Assembly (NCBI RefSeq): GCF_964204645.1
Contig: NC_134035.1
Coordinates: forward strand, 9,766,451-9,830,450
DNA: 64,000 nt
DNA from: Tubulanus polymorphus
Taxonomy: Eukaryota > Animalia > Nemertea
Direction: 5' to 3'
The number at the start of each line of letters is the position of its first letter. Position 1 is the stretch's first letter. The notes under the pieces are model-generated. The model was not told the origin of the DNA, did not search any database, and worked only from the letters and a program-made list of their open reading frames with translations. The position numbers and the translations under genes are program-made. This document shows positions 14,254 through 26,900 of the stretch, in pieces.

Positions 14254-14880
14254 TAATATAACGAGAATCCTACAGTTAAGACGAAAAAATAATACAGTCC
14301 AAAAAAGTTTCCTCGAGCTGGAGAAGTTCATTCGACATTTCGACTATATCAGTAAGTTCAGTAAGTTATAAATCGTAATACAGGGTTTCCAGTGGTACGG
14401 CCAGGGTAAAAAGAAGTACGAAGAAGGACTTTTTCAGCAATTTTAGACCCAAAAGGACGGACTTTTGACTCGAAAAGAAGTACTTTCCAGTTAAATGAGG
14501 GCCCATAAGGAAGCATTTTCGCAAAGCCTTTGCCGGAATACTAGTCATGTAGACCAATCATGTATACCAGGCTAATTCCATAACACTTTCCTGTATATTC
14601 GATCAAATTTGGAAGGACTTTTTGTTCAAAAGTTAGGACTTAGAGTCAAAAAGAAGGACAAAGATGATGTTTGTCCAAACCTTTTACAAAAGCAGGACAA
14701 ATAAGGACTTGGAAGGACCTCTGGAAACCCTGTAATAGACATCTTCAGAGGAACTGATAATCATCTTCAGAGGATGACTATAAGCATATTCTCGAAATGT
14801 CGAATAAACTACCAGCTCCAGGAAATGTTTTAGGACTTCATTATTTTTTCGTCATTATTGCGGGATTCTCGTTATATCAT
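14254..14880. mobile_element. Inverted pair of Penelope-like repeat ends with degenerate hammerhead motifs; related copies near 36212-36312 and 59973-60010
   Basis: Arms 14254-14350 and 14790-14880 are reverse complements; motif ctgaagatgactat...atagtcgaaa(c/t)gt. Confidence 0.5.
14381..14732. mobile_element. MITE with cagggtttccag TIRs and aaggac subrepeats; second copy 37923-38350
   Basis: TIRs, taata duplicated on both sides, clear similarity to the second copy. Confidence 0.8.
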
Positions 14881-16965
14881 ATGACTACACATTCATAAAT
14901 TTAACAACAGGGGGGCACAATGAAAACCACACGCCGGGGATCGGTTACAAGTGGTTGATCAATATATTCTCTATCATCGGTAACAAGGATATAGGAGATA
15001 CATATAAATCATTGCTATCTCATATTCTATACACTGTATAGATACACGCCGCACGCGTTGTATTGTAATTGAAGAATCGACGATTCTCCGGATTCTCCAG
15101 TTTCCTACGCTGCTCATAATATAATAAAAATAACCCCCGCCGGTTTTACTTTACATACGATTATTAGCGGAGCCCGATCGAAATATATATCTAACGCGAT
15201 TACTGTCGCTCGTCTTTTTTTTCACTCGGTATTTCTATGTTGGCTCTGTTGCGATGTCATGGTCAACGCCGCGGTGAACGCTTCGATGTTTGTATTCGTC
15301 CGAGCGACTAATCAGAAATTGGAACCTCGGCGACGGATGTCCTTGCTCGGTAAGACGTACCCGCAATCGATAGAGAGAGAATAGAGATGGCTATGAGGAT
15401 AAAGCTTCTTTAACAGGGTCCGATCCGTACAGATCGGTCATTCCTCATTGCATCATCCAATTATTGTAGACTCCTCCTAAAATCGGTTCTGTTTACGTCA
15501 GAGAACTGGTTTACCGGTAACTTACTGGTTTCGCGAGCCAACTTTTATCCTTCAGACTTCCGAACTAATTTTTCAATTCAGTAACCGCCTAATAAGGTTT
15601 AAAAAAACCCGGTCCCGACAGAACTGATTCAGCAGAGTAGTTAACTGTACAACTACAAACATTTCTAATTACCCGTTTCTCATATTTGAAGGAATCTTAA
15701 AGGAGTTTCGGGCATTTCGCTCAAATCAAAGGAGTTAAAAGCATTTTCTGTTGAGGAGTTTTTAAGGAAGTAAGCAATCCTAGGGACCATGAGTTTTCCA
15801 TGCGATTACACAAAATTTCCTGAGTGAATCCGCGGAGTGTCTAGGTTTAAAATGTAACAATTCGTTCGTCTTTTCATCGAATCAAGTATTGCGAAAGAAA
15901 CACGTGGTCAATAACATTGGATCCAAATTCCCCAAAAGTTCCAGGTTTTTGGTAAAATTTGTTGGAAACTCCCAGTTTCCCTAATCTTCTTTCTAGATTT
16001 ATCAGATTCCCTTCCAGTTTTCCAGATTTTCCAGGACAACGGCCACTGCGGTTAAGTGCGATAATTCGAAAGTGATCGTTCGTCGTTTTTAGTTTTCTTA
16101 AAAAAAATTTTAAAAAACGACGCGCCAGACGTTGTCGTCGTCGTCGTCAATCGAAAATGATCCCGATTTTGATTTATCGCCGTGGAACGAAACGATCGCC
16201 GAGAGCCGGTGTGTGAGCGAGAGCTGAAATCAGCGGGGACGACAAATTATTAACGAACATCCCATCAGCAGATTACAACCGATCAATCGATAAATGAATT
16301 CATTCTACGGCGACGACGAGAGAAAAGACCCGAGGGCCAGTTTCACAGTACGTAGCTCTCGACTCCAGTCAACAAACTGTAAAAGTGAATGACATCTTAG
16401 CAGTAGAATTCTGTCGAAAAGGTTACGAAATTGAAACCTGCTTTAAATAATTTCAAGAGATTAAAAATTAAATCGGGGTGACCACGACATATGTTACATG
16501 CTTTTCCCGTGACTATTCCCTGACATGTAAGCCGTTTCCTCTGACTTGATCCGTTAAGAATCCAATCGATTAAAACAGTCAAATATGTAAGACATAGACA
16601 GAAACTGAATGATTTTACGTACGATCTAGCAATCCGAACAGATTTCCCTGACTTATCCCTGAATTTTAGCATTTTTACAAAAATCCCCGACTATTTTCCT
16701 CCGACTTATTCAAAGATGACGCAATGTTAAGCACTCGTCTAGAGACCATCTTATGATCGGTTTTTTAAGTAGCCATCGAAAATCTTCGTCTATAGTCTAA
16801 AATCACCTCGGATACGTAATCACGGCCCCGGGGCACAAATTGCTAAGAAAAGATCGCCTTAAATCGTAAAGACCGCTCAGATTGGCTCACTGAGACCGGT
16901 GATAAATCTAAGCGTTAATCGTGCAAATTGCCCCAGTATCGCGGGCTTGAAAAAGGCGTACACGC

Positions 16966-17039
<74 letters not shown>

Positions 17040-17464
17040 CCTCGGGCGCATTCGATATTTGATCCGATTGTGCTTCAATGACACAGACATACACTTATTA
17101 CATTCATTACATCTGAACTGCATTATCGGTGCGACCAGTAGTAATTAAATTGCCAATGTCCACAATCTGTGGGTCATTCTCAACCAGATTCCAGACACGG
17201 CCAGATCCGGCGCTTTAGAAGCAGCCAGACGATACCAGCCTCATCCCCAGCATCATCATCATAGCGGCTGATAGAGTTGGTAAAAACTATTGGACTATTC
17301 GCACATGCGGAAAACGACCACGAATATAAGAACGGACTAAACGGGCTTGACGCCCATCCTCATCCTCATGCTCATCCTCAACGGTGGGTTTGTGAAGGAC
17401 TAACTAAACTAACGAATAACTCAAGTAAACATGAAGGAAAACTCCCTACATACAGATAAGAAAC

Positions 17465-17838
17465 AAATCCCGTTCGAAAGTGGCAATAGAGTCTAAAGGG
17501 TTAATCGTTTTTTTTATAGACGCCAGGGAAACAGATTACATTTATATATACACCAAACAAATCCTGAACAAAAGTGGCAATAGCGTCTAAAGGGTTAATC
17601 GTTTTTTTATAGATGCCAGGGAAACGGATTACATTTATATATACACCAAAGAAATCCCGTTCGAAAGTGGCAATAGCGTCTAAAGGGTTAATCGTTTTTT
17701 TATAGATGCCAGGGAAACGGATTACATTTATATATACACCAAAGAAATCCCGTTCGAAAGTGGCAATAGCGTCTAAAGGGTTAATTGTTTTTTTATAGAC
17801 GCCAGGGAAACGGATTACATTTATATATACCAAATCCC
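17465..17838. repeat. Tandem repeat, 93-94 bp unit x4
   Basis: aaagtggcaatag recurs at 17477, 17571, 17664 and 17757. Confidence 0.95.
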
Positions 17839-18946
17839 GCGCGAAGATCATCCATAAATTATCGGTTATATATATATGCAAGATTTCTGATGGCCGTACG
17901 ATACTGAAATCTCGACCGAAACGTTGTCGTTATCGATTAGAAATATTCCGTCGTCGTCGTCTCTCTCGCGCTCCTACCCGATGTATAAAACAGCCTCTCG
18001 CCGACGGACGAGCAAGATTTGCTATTTAAGTCACATATTCGGTTATACAATACGTCGTAAGCACTCGCGCCCCAACGATGACGACGATGAAGATGATGAT
18101 GATACAATATTCATTATAAACCGCAGCATGTATTCATCAATGAGTTTCTCTCTACACACGAGATATATCTGTACAACACGCATGTATTATATATCCCCTC
18201 ATCCCCCCTCCCCCGCCCACAGCACGGGTAGAAATCGCTGAAACATCTAACGTCGCTCAGGCCGGCAGAGCAGGTCGGACCTCCCTGCGAATGGTTTCCC
18301 AAATAAGGGTGGTCACTTTCCGCCAATTGAAAAATTCCCCGATTTTTCTCGTTATAACAGAAAATTCCCCGACTAATTCCGAGGAATTTCTAGGTTTGAA
18401 ATTCATTCATTTTTCATCGAATCACGTATTGATAAAGAAACACGCGTTCAATAACATCAAAAGAGTTTTCCGGGTATTCCAGGTCAGTGGCGATAGAAGA
18501 GCTTTCCCCGGCAGTTTTAGGGATAGAGGGTGAGGTGCTTGGAACATTAAAAGCTCTGCATCCATAACTTCGTATCAGCACATGTGTGTATACATACATA
18601 CATACATACATACATACATACATACATACATACATACATACATACACGCTCGCGCGATAAGCAAAAAAGCTCCCGTCGCAAATTTTCAGCGATAAAAACT
18701 ATTATAAGATAAATACTGTTTAATTATGTTCGATAGAGCTCGCGCGCAGTTGTCAATAGTGACTACGTTATAAAAATCAAACTTCAATACGTCGTCGTTC
18801 TGTTCGTCGTGTCGTGTCTATACTAGAATCGGTATAATATGACGCTGAGTGAGTCAATATACTACAGGCATCGGGTCCTTCGTATCGTTATTCAACATTC
18901 TAGCATAGAGATGCGTATATAGTCGTTAGATGTAGTCAGACAGGTC

Positions 18947-19215
18947 CGGGGTGGTCACTTACATTTGACTCGCTTTTTGCCCGACTATTTATTCCCTGAC
19001 ATGTTTTCCCCGACTCGATCTGCTAAGAATCCTATCACCCAGTCAAATATGTAAGACATAGACGGAGATTATTTGATTATACGTGCCATCTAGTCTAAAT
19101 TTTCCCTGATTTTCAGCTTTTTCTTTTACAAAATTTCCCGACTATTCCCCGACTTATTTTAAAGAGAAGAAGATTTCCTGACTTTTCTCTGATTTCCAGG
19201 TAAGCGTCCACCCTG
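18947..19215. mobile_element. MITE family (ggggtggtcac...gtccaccctg); copies near 16475-16705, 22485-22730, 23488-24300
   Basis: Shared core gatctgttaagaatcc...cagtcaaatatgtaagacatagac...aaatttccctga. Confidence 0.7.
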
Positions 19216-19511
19216 AAGTTCACTCGAAGCCCAACTCTCCAGGGAGCATCTAGCAAAATTGGAAGGCCTGATCCAGAAGGAAAGAAATGGCATTTCTCGG
19301 ATAAAGCAGATATGTCAAAGGCCACCGGTTAGGTCCCTCGTAAATTTAGCGTGAGATATATTTTTTTAAGAGATCCATCCTGAAAGATGTAATTTCCGAC
19401 TCAGGATGAGTAGTGTCAAATTTGCTTGTTTTAAGTACCACATCTGTATTGACGAAAAGGGCAACCTCCATGGACCTGCTCGGTTCCGTAGCCTAACATG
19501 AGATTTAAGGC

Positions 19512-19558
<47 letters not shown>

Positions 19559-20139
19559 TAATAATAATAATAATAAAATTAAGTTTATAAAGAGCTGTAA
19601 TTCCGCGCCGAGACAAAGTTAAAAAACGCTCTTCTGGAATGCGGAAGCAAGCTCGGAAAAGTACTATTTTGAGGTGAGACTAGAATTGGATGAATGACAT
19701 ATCCAGAACTCGGTTGAATGAATGGAATATCCAACCATATCCCCCCCCCCCCCCCGTTCAGACATCGGATACACAAGAAAATGTCTCGCACAATTTTTAA
19801 ACTAGTGTTTGAATAATTCATTCGAACGCTTCCCGCCGAGTAGAGACTACTTACTTAATATACACACGTACGTATATTTCAATGCGAGTTAAGTCGATGA
19901 ATTATTCAAATTCCGACTATACGCGATTATCGAACGCCATCGATCGGTTACCTGGACACCGATTGTGTTCACGCGAAATCACTGTGTTTTATTCATCGCG
20001 TTTCCGAATGCATGACCCGGTCACCAGGTGGCGCAGCTCGCGCGAGGCGAAGATGCTGTATTCGGATCTAAACCCCGATAAATAATAATCATATGAATAT
20101 TGATCTCATTTGTGTGTGAACTCTTTACACAACGGCCAG

Positions 20140-20176
<37 letters not shown>

Positions 20177-21047
20177 GAAAGTAAACCAATAATGTGAAAC
20201 CGTCAATTCACTGAATACCAGCCTCAAATGAAATTGTATTGTATTAAAGATTCTCATAGCACTCTTAACACCATCGGCAACGGCTGCAACAGCACCGGCA
20301 GCACATCAAATACAGCCTCAGCTGCATCCAGTATATCAGCTGCAGGTGGAATGGAACTAGCACCATCGGCGTCGTATGCACAATGCACGTACAAATGCAG
20401 GTGCTAAGCAGGGCGCCACAACCTGCCGAAGTGCTATCAGTATCAACTTGAACTTTCATTGAAATTTGAAAGAAAACGTTTCAAATTTATTAGTTATCAA
20501 CAGTAAGAACGTCTGTAACATCTTTTGAAGACAGCTATGAAATCAAATCAGTATTTCTCAGGACAATAAACTGAAAATCTGTAACAATTGGCAGCTCTCG
20601 CTACAACACTAGGTTCACAAAATTAAGCCACATCAGCATCGCGTGAAATGTGACGAGGCCCATCAGCTTTTCGCGCAATGGCAATAGCATAATCAGCTAC
20701 AGCGGTATCAGACAAATTAGCAGCATCAAAAAGCGGCACCAGCAGAGCTAACCGGTTCAGTTGTCGCTGCAATATGTGCCTAACACAGCGACCACAAGGT
20801 CAGGTCGACCATCTCTGGATAGACCACAGTTGTGATCATATATCAATTAAATGCAATAAGTTCAACATTCTTTCGTGATGGGTGGCGCGTAACATTATAG
20901 TCAGAGGGTTGAAAATGCCAAATCATCCCGCACCAACACAAGACTTCTGATGAATCACCCTTCATGGCAATAAACCCAAATAAAAACGCATGATACATTG
21001 TATTTCTGATAATAAGCATAGATACCAAAGGGGTAAGGCCAACATGG

Positions 21048-21182
<135 letters not shown>

Positions 21183-23561
21183 ATATATACGGTGCATACC
21201 GGATTGATGGCCACATATCACAGATGTGACACGGCACAATCTGTTGTCACTGCGTTAAACTCGGTCATATAACGACTGAACGTGTATCCGAAATGATGTT
21301 TAAAATACGCGACCTAATTAAAACTCAGACCTAGCGCAGTCGCAGTCGCCATCGCCATCGGGTATGAAATGTCGATTTGATGGCCTTCGAGTCGGAAGCC
21401 CGCGAAGAACGGTTTTAGAATGGCGTATCCGAGACGCGCAAGAGCAGACGGTGCCCGTTTTCGTCGTGTAGAAATATTCCGCCGCGGGAACCTGAACCTC
21501 CTAGAACCCTCGGTTCACTTATATCGCGCCCTCCCCAAAGAAGAGCTAGCTCAAACTATAGCCGGAGAGACGACGACTCACACGGAGAGACGACGTAACC
21601 CGGGCCAAATTGGCACGGTCAGACCCGAGCCAAATAAGGCGCGTACCTAATTAGAGAGCGCATTCCGACAGAAACCTCTCACTTGATACTAAACAATGCT
21701 TAAACAAAGCGAATTGGGTTATTACCGGTTCCAGTTGCAATTCACACTGTGCTAGAATTTGGCTCGGGCCTGGTCCGACGTTTTCGTTCGGGCCAAATTT
21801 GAACCGGGCCAAATATGCTCATATGATTGTGGCTTATGGCGATCTATGTCCAATTGTCATCAGCAATTTTGGAGAATTCATCAAATTAACTCAGTAGAAA
21901 CCGCCAACTTGAACTCGGCCAAAATTTCGATATATCAAATTATTAGTTATCGCGAGGCGAGACGAGCGAGAGACGGGCGAGAAAGCGATTTCGTCGAGGT
22001 CGTCAAACGGCGAGTAATGGGTTAATATTTCACGAGAAACATTCTCGTCGTTTAAGTATTTGAATTGCATCTCTCGTCGAAACCAACGAGGAAATAGAAA
22101 TGTTCGCAGCTTGATTGCCGCAAATCTAATCGGGACGACATCTCGAGAGCCGGCGACCGAGAAGGAGGCAGCTTCGACGACGACGACGCCGCGTCGCTGG
22201 CTGTTTGTCAAATGAAATTATGCGTCTACGAGGATGTCGTCGTCGTATGTCAGCCCCCCTCGCACCCCTCTTCCCCCCTTCCCCCCCCCCCCGGTCGACA
22301 TTCTCAATACACGATACACACATGTATCGACTGATTGTTGATTATTTCAACAACACAATCATAAAGACTAGATACGTATGAAGAAAAACCGTGAACATCG
22401 AAAAGTTACGTGACTAAGAATCCAATCTCAGATCTCACAGATCACGTTTGTTCCAGATAATCGGAATAATGAAGACCCATCTTTAGGGCCCATACTGAGT
22501 ACTTGATTTTCACCCGACTGTTCCCTTACATGCACATCATTGTTTTCACTGAATGGATCTGCTAAAAATCAAATCAATTAACACAGTCAAATACGTAAGA
22601 CACAAACGGAAACTGTTTGATTTTACATCAATCTAGCAATCTCTACAAATTTCCCTGACTTTTACCTGATTTTTTAAAGATAAGAAAATTCCCCGACTTC
22701 TCTCCGATTTCCAGGTAAGTGGCCTCCCTGCCATAGTCGCTGTCATCTCCAAAAGCGATTTCGAATCATAACATTAGTCAGAATTAGTTAAGGTTAGAAC
22801 CAAGATAAGCTTAGTTTGGCCTTAAATCTTAACCTTGAATGCAAATGGCCACGCACGGGACTAGTTTTCGCGAAGTAAATCAAAACGAGTGAATCAGAGT
22901 TTTTTTCTTGGGTTTAGAAATGCTGGTCAATAGCATATCCAAAATTCCCAGACCTTTCCAGCGTTTTTCTTTTTGCAAAATTTCGTCAAAATTTCTCGGG
23001 AGTCTTCTGCGATTTCGTTTCTAGATTTTTCTAGTTCGCCGAGTTTTCAAGGTTTTCCGGGTCAGCGGTCCGTTATCGGTAAGCTTGTACGAATCGCAGT
23101 GCGATGTGTCGGATACAGATAACACATTGTCCGATGACCGCGATGATAACTGGGGACGATGATAACTGCCGTCGTTGTTATCCGGTTACGGGTGTTTATA
23201 CGTCGTCGAGTCGAGTCACACGTGACGCTCCGTTGAAATTTATTTGATGTATTGATCTCTTCGCCCGATGAAGCGAATACATTAATGATTACTTTACTGA
23301 AATCGAATCGAACGAGAAGCCGCCCGCGAACACAGCCATCAATTGCCTGATCACTTGTTTCAACGGTTGCTGGTATTGAACAGATCTTACTCCGATGCCG
23401 TAGCTATGCATTATACATGTATAAGTATATATATATATATATATAGACATGAAGTGCGGGATGGCTAGAATCCCGAAACTAACTCAAGAGTGGCCACTTC
23501 TATTTCACGAGCTTTTCCCCACTATTATATTCACGTTGTTTTCCCTGACTTGATCTGTTAA

Positions 23562-23915
23562 GCCTAGCGCACATCGATACTGCGATTGGAGACAACTAGT
23601 TGCTACCGAACGATTACCCCGCGCATCGAAATCTAATTACAACCGGTCAGTTGCAGCAACTGCATGGCTCGTGTCGATCGTCGAGATCCAGAGCGCGCAC
23701 ATCGACGGATATGACTGCGATTGAGTACAACCAGTTGCTCAAAAGTAGAACATGGGCAACTGGCTGGAACTGGAGATAGATCGACGCTTACCAATCGTAA
23801 GCTCGCTCACATCGACACATTCAAGCAACTGATCGTATCCAGCCAGTTCCTATCTTGCGCCGAAAACTGCGTTGCAACTAGTTGTCTCCAATCGCAGTGT
23901 CGATGTGCGCTAGGC
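23562..23915. mobile_element. MITE with ~42 bp near-perfect TIRs flanked by TTAA; truncated copy near 38930-39135
   Basis: gcctagcgcacatcgatactgcgattggagacaactagttgc / gcaactagttgtctccaatcgcagtgtcgatgtgcgctaggc. Confidence 0.85.
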
Positions 23916-26900
23916 TTAACTATATCCCCATAACATAACCTAACTTAGCTTTAAGAATCCGATCAATTAGCACTGTCAAATACATGAAACATAGACAGAA
24001 ACCATTTGATTTCATGCCTGATCTAACAACCTCAACAAATTTCCCTCACTTTCCCTGATTTTTAGCGCGACAACCGACTGTGGACTGTGGTCGGCCTTGG
24101 GGTTTCGTTGTGTATCGTATCGCTTCACTTAAAGCCAGGTGCACTGGAGTCTGAGGATGTGAAGACCCGACGAGTGAGGTTCTTATTTCTGTGGAGTCGT
24201 ATTTCGTTTTTTTTTCTCTCTAAATTTCCTGACTATTTTTAAGAAAAGAAAATTCCCCGACTTTTCCCCGATGTGCCTGATTTCCCGGTAAGCGCCCGCC
24301 GCGCAACTTTACCGCTTCAGTTAATTCCCGATACGGAACCGACAGAAATCGCGCTAACATCATAAATAGAGTAGTAATATAGACAATCGTGGAACCCGCG
24401 GCTGTATTTAACCTTTATAATAAACTAGATTACCAGTCATATTACCAGTCATATTACTAGTCATATTCAGCCTATTTCGGACTTCATCATCATCGTCTTC
24501 GATCTATATAGAATCGACCACCAACAGCAAGAATACTCGCGACTCAATCAGACTGTGCATGTCCCTGCGCAACCGGTCCAGTCGCGCTTGGGGACGATGC
24601 TCAATTGGAGCAGGTCAGCAGTAAGAATTTACGACTGGTTCTTTTTTCCCGATATAAGGGTCTTTCTCTATTGCTCTCACCGCGACGTCTACAATACGAT
24701 TACTCCAAAATCTGACGACGGAGATGTTTTTATTTGATCGCGTCAGGCCCGAAGGACGGGTGTAATATCTCTCGACGTCTCGTCCCCGCGAGCTTCGTAC
24801 GTAATTAGTACGTTACAAAAAGGCAATGTCATTTGGGAAGGATTTCGGGTAGACCTATGTGTGTCGTTTAATATCAGGGTGGCCATTTACAAATCCCTGC
24901 TTTTTCCATGTGATGACACAAAACTCCCTGAGCGAATCAGAGAAATTTCTAGGTTTATAATTCTACAATTCATTTACTTTTCATTGAATCACGTAGTGAC
25001 AAAGAAACACGAGGTCCATAGCATTATCCGAATTCCAGATTTTTCCCGGTTTTTGGTAAAACTTTTCAAATCCCACGAGTTTGCACTGATTGTTCTATGC
25101 AATAACACATAACCTGAGGAAATCTGAGGTATTTCTAGGTTTAAAATGTTAAAATTCATTCTCATCTTTTTATAAATAAAGAAACCCGTGGTCAATAACA
25201 TTATTTGAATTCCCTGAGTTTTCCAGTTTTTTTTTTATAGAAAAATTTGTAAAATTCATCTGATTTTTCTGATTCCCCAAGTTTTCCTGTTTTTCCAGGT
25301 CAGTGCTAGCCCGGTCCCCACACTAACGGTCCGTTGAACCCATGTCGCGGCCACGCTTCAATTATTCGGCGCCATTCGCGCGCCCGCACCGTCGTATTAA
25401 AACACATTATTGCGTTCGCGCATCAACTCAAATCGTGTCTCGCTCGTCCGACGAAGAATAAAGAAGAGGAAACTGATTGAACGACGAACTTCTCGAGAGA
25501 ATAAAAATTGAACGATTGTCAACGATTGAATGAATCGGTTACCGGTGTTTTGATGTGAATAGCAGCGTGGGCGGACAGAACGAAGCCTCTTCATGTGAAT
25601 TTTTTCCAGAATTCTGATCTGACGGATGTAAATGCAGCAAATGATTCGATACAATGAAGTGACAGTGATAAGAGAAAGAGAGAGTGATAAGAGGGGAGAT
25701 GCAGGGAGAGGGAGGAGTGAATTTATTTGGGAGTGCCCGATTTTCCCATGTTTAGAATTGCTATTTATACAGTAAAGTACAGTACATTACAGGGGCTGCA
25801 GTTGCTCAAAAGTTGGTTAGAGCTACGTGCAATTTTGCTCGTAGGTTACAGTTAACCAGTAGATAGTTGACTTAGTGACAATTGAAAGTCCATAGTTTCT
25901 ATGGTATTACCCAGGCCCGTAGGTGGAGGGGGTTACTGGGGTTACTCGTAACCCCCCATTTGGCTGATAGTGCCCTTTTTCTGAGATGTACTAATCTGAT
26001 TAAAACCTCTTTACTTCTTTACCTTGGGCACACTTTCTACGAAAGGGCACTTTCATTGACGCAAAAGGGCAGTTTCCATGCATAAGATGGAACCAGAAGG
26101 CTTTTATTACAAATAACCCCCACACTTTAAATCCTGCCTACGGGTCTGTTATCCACTGGTTATAAAGTTTAACCAACTCATGACCAACTGACTCCAGGTT
26201 TCTATTGGCTTCTACCGATTCCAGAATTCACTTGTGGCGCGCGTTCGTTTCAACCAGAATACGCTCTGCCCATTACAAGAATAGCTTATAAAACCTGTAA
26301 ACCTGATAGAAGACGGGCCGGTCGAGAGTTTGTTTTAACCCGGACCTTAAACGGGAACGCAACGTTCAATCAAAAACTGCCTTAGTTTCAACATAATGCG
26401 GAACGCTCGCTGTATTTGATATTGATTTCAGCAATAAGACATACGTCCACGATACGCGATCGCATTTCAAAAATCAAATATTTTCCTATAGTTACAAAGT
26501 GGACGGTTACAATAAATAACACAAGTGTCAAACATAATAATAATAATAATAATAATAATAATATTCTAATATTCATCATAAATATATGTATATCATCCGA
26601 TACAGTTACGCGCACGAACGGTGATAAACACCAGCTCAATGCACAAGTAATCATACGCAACAGAACACCCCCAGCTAGCGGTCTAAACTCAAGGTCATAA
26701 TCGCGTGGTACGCAAACAAAACTCAAGGTCGCCATACGCACTAACCTAATGGACGATCGATTGATATATTATATATCTCATATCAAATTATTCTATTAAT
26801 TCAAATACACTCCACTGCATTCGACTATCTATACATATGGTTAGTTATGATTAGTTTTTTCCATCCTCCGAGATTCGCCAGTTGCACAGTCGTGACATTA

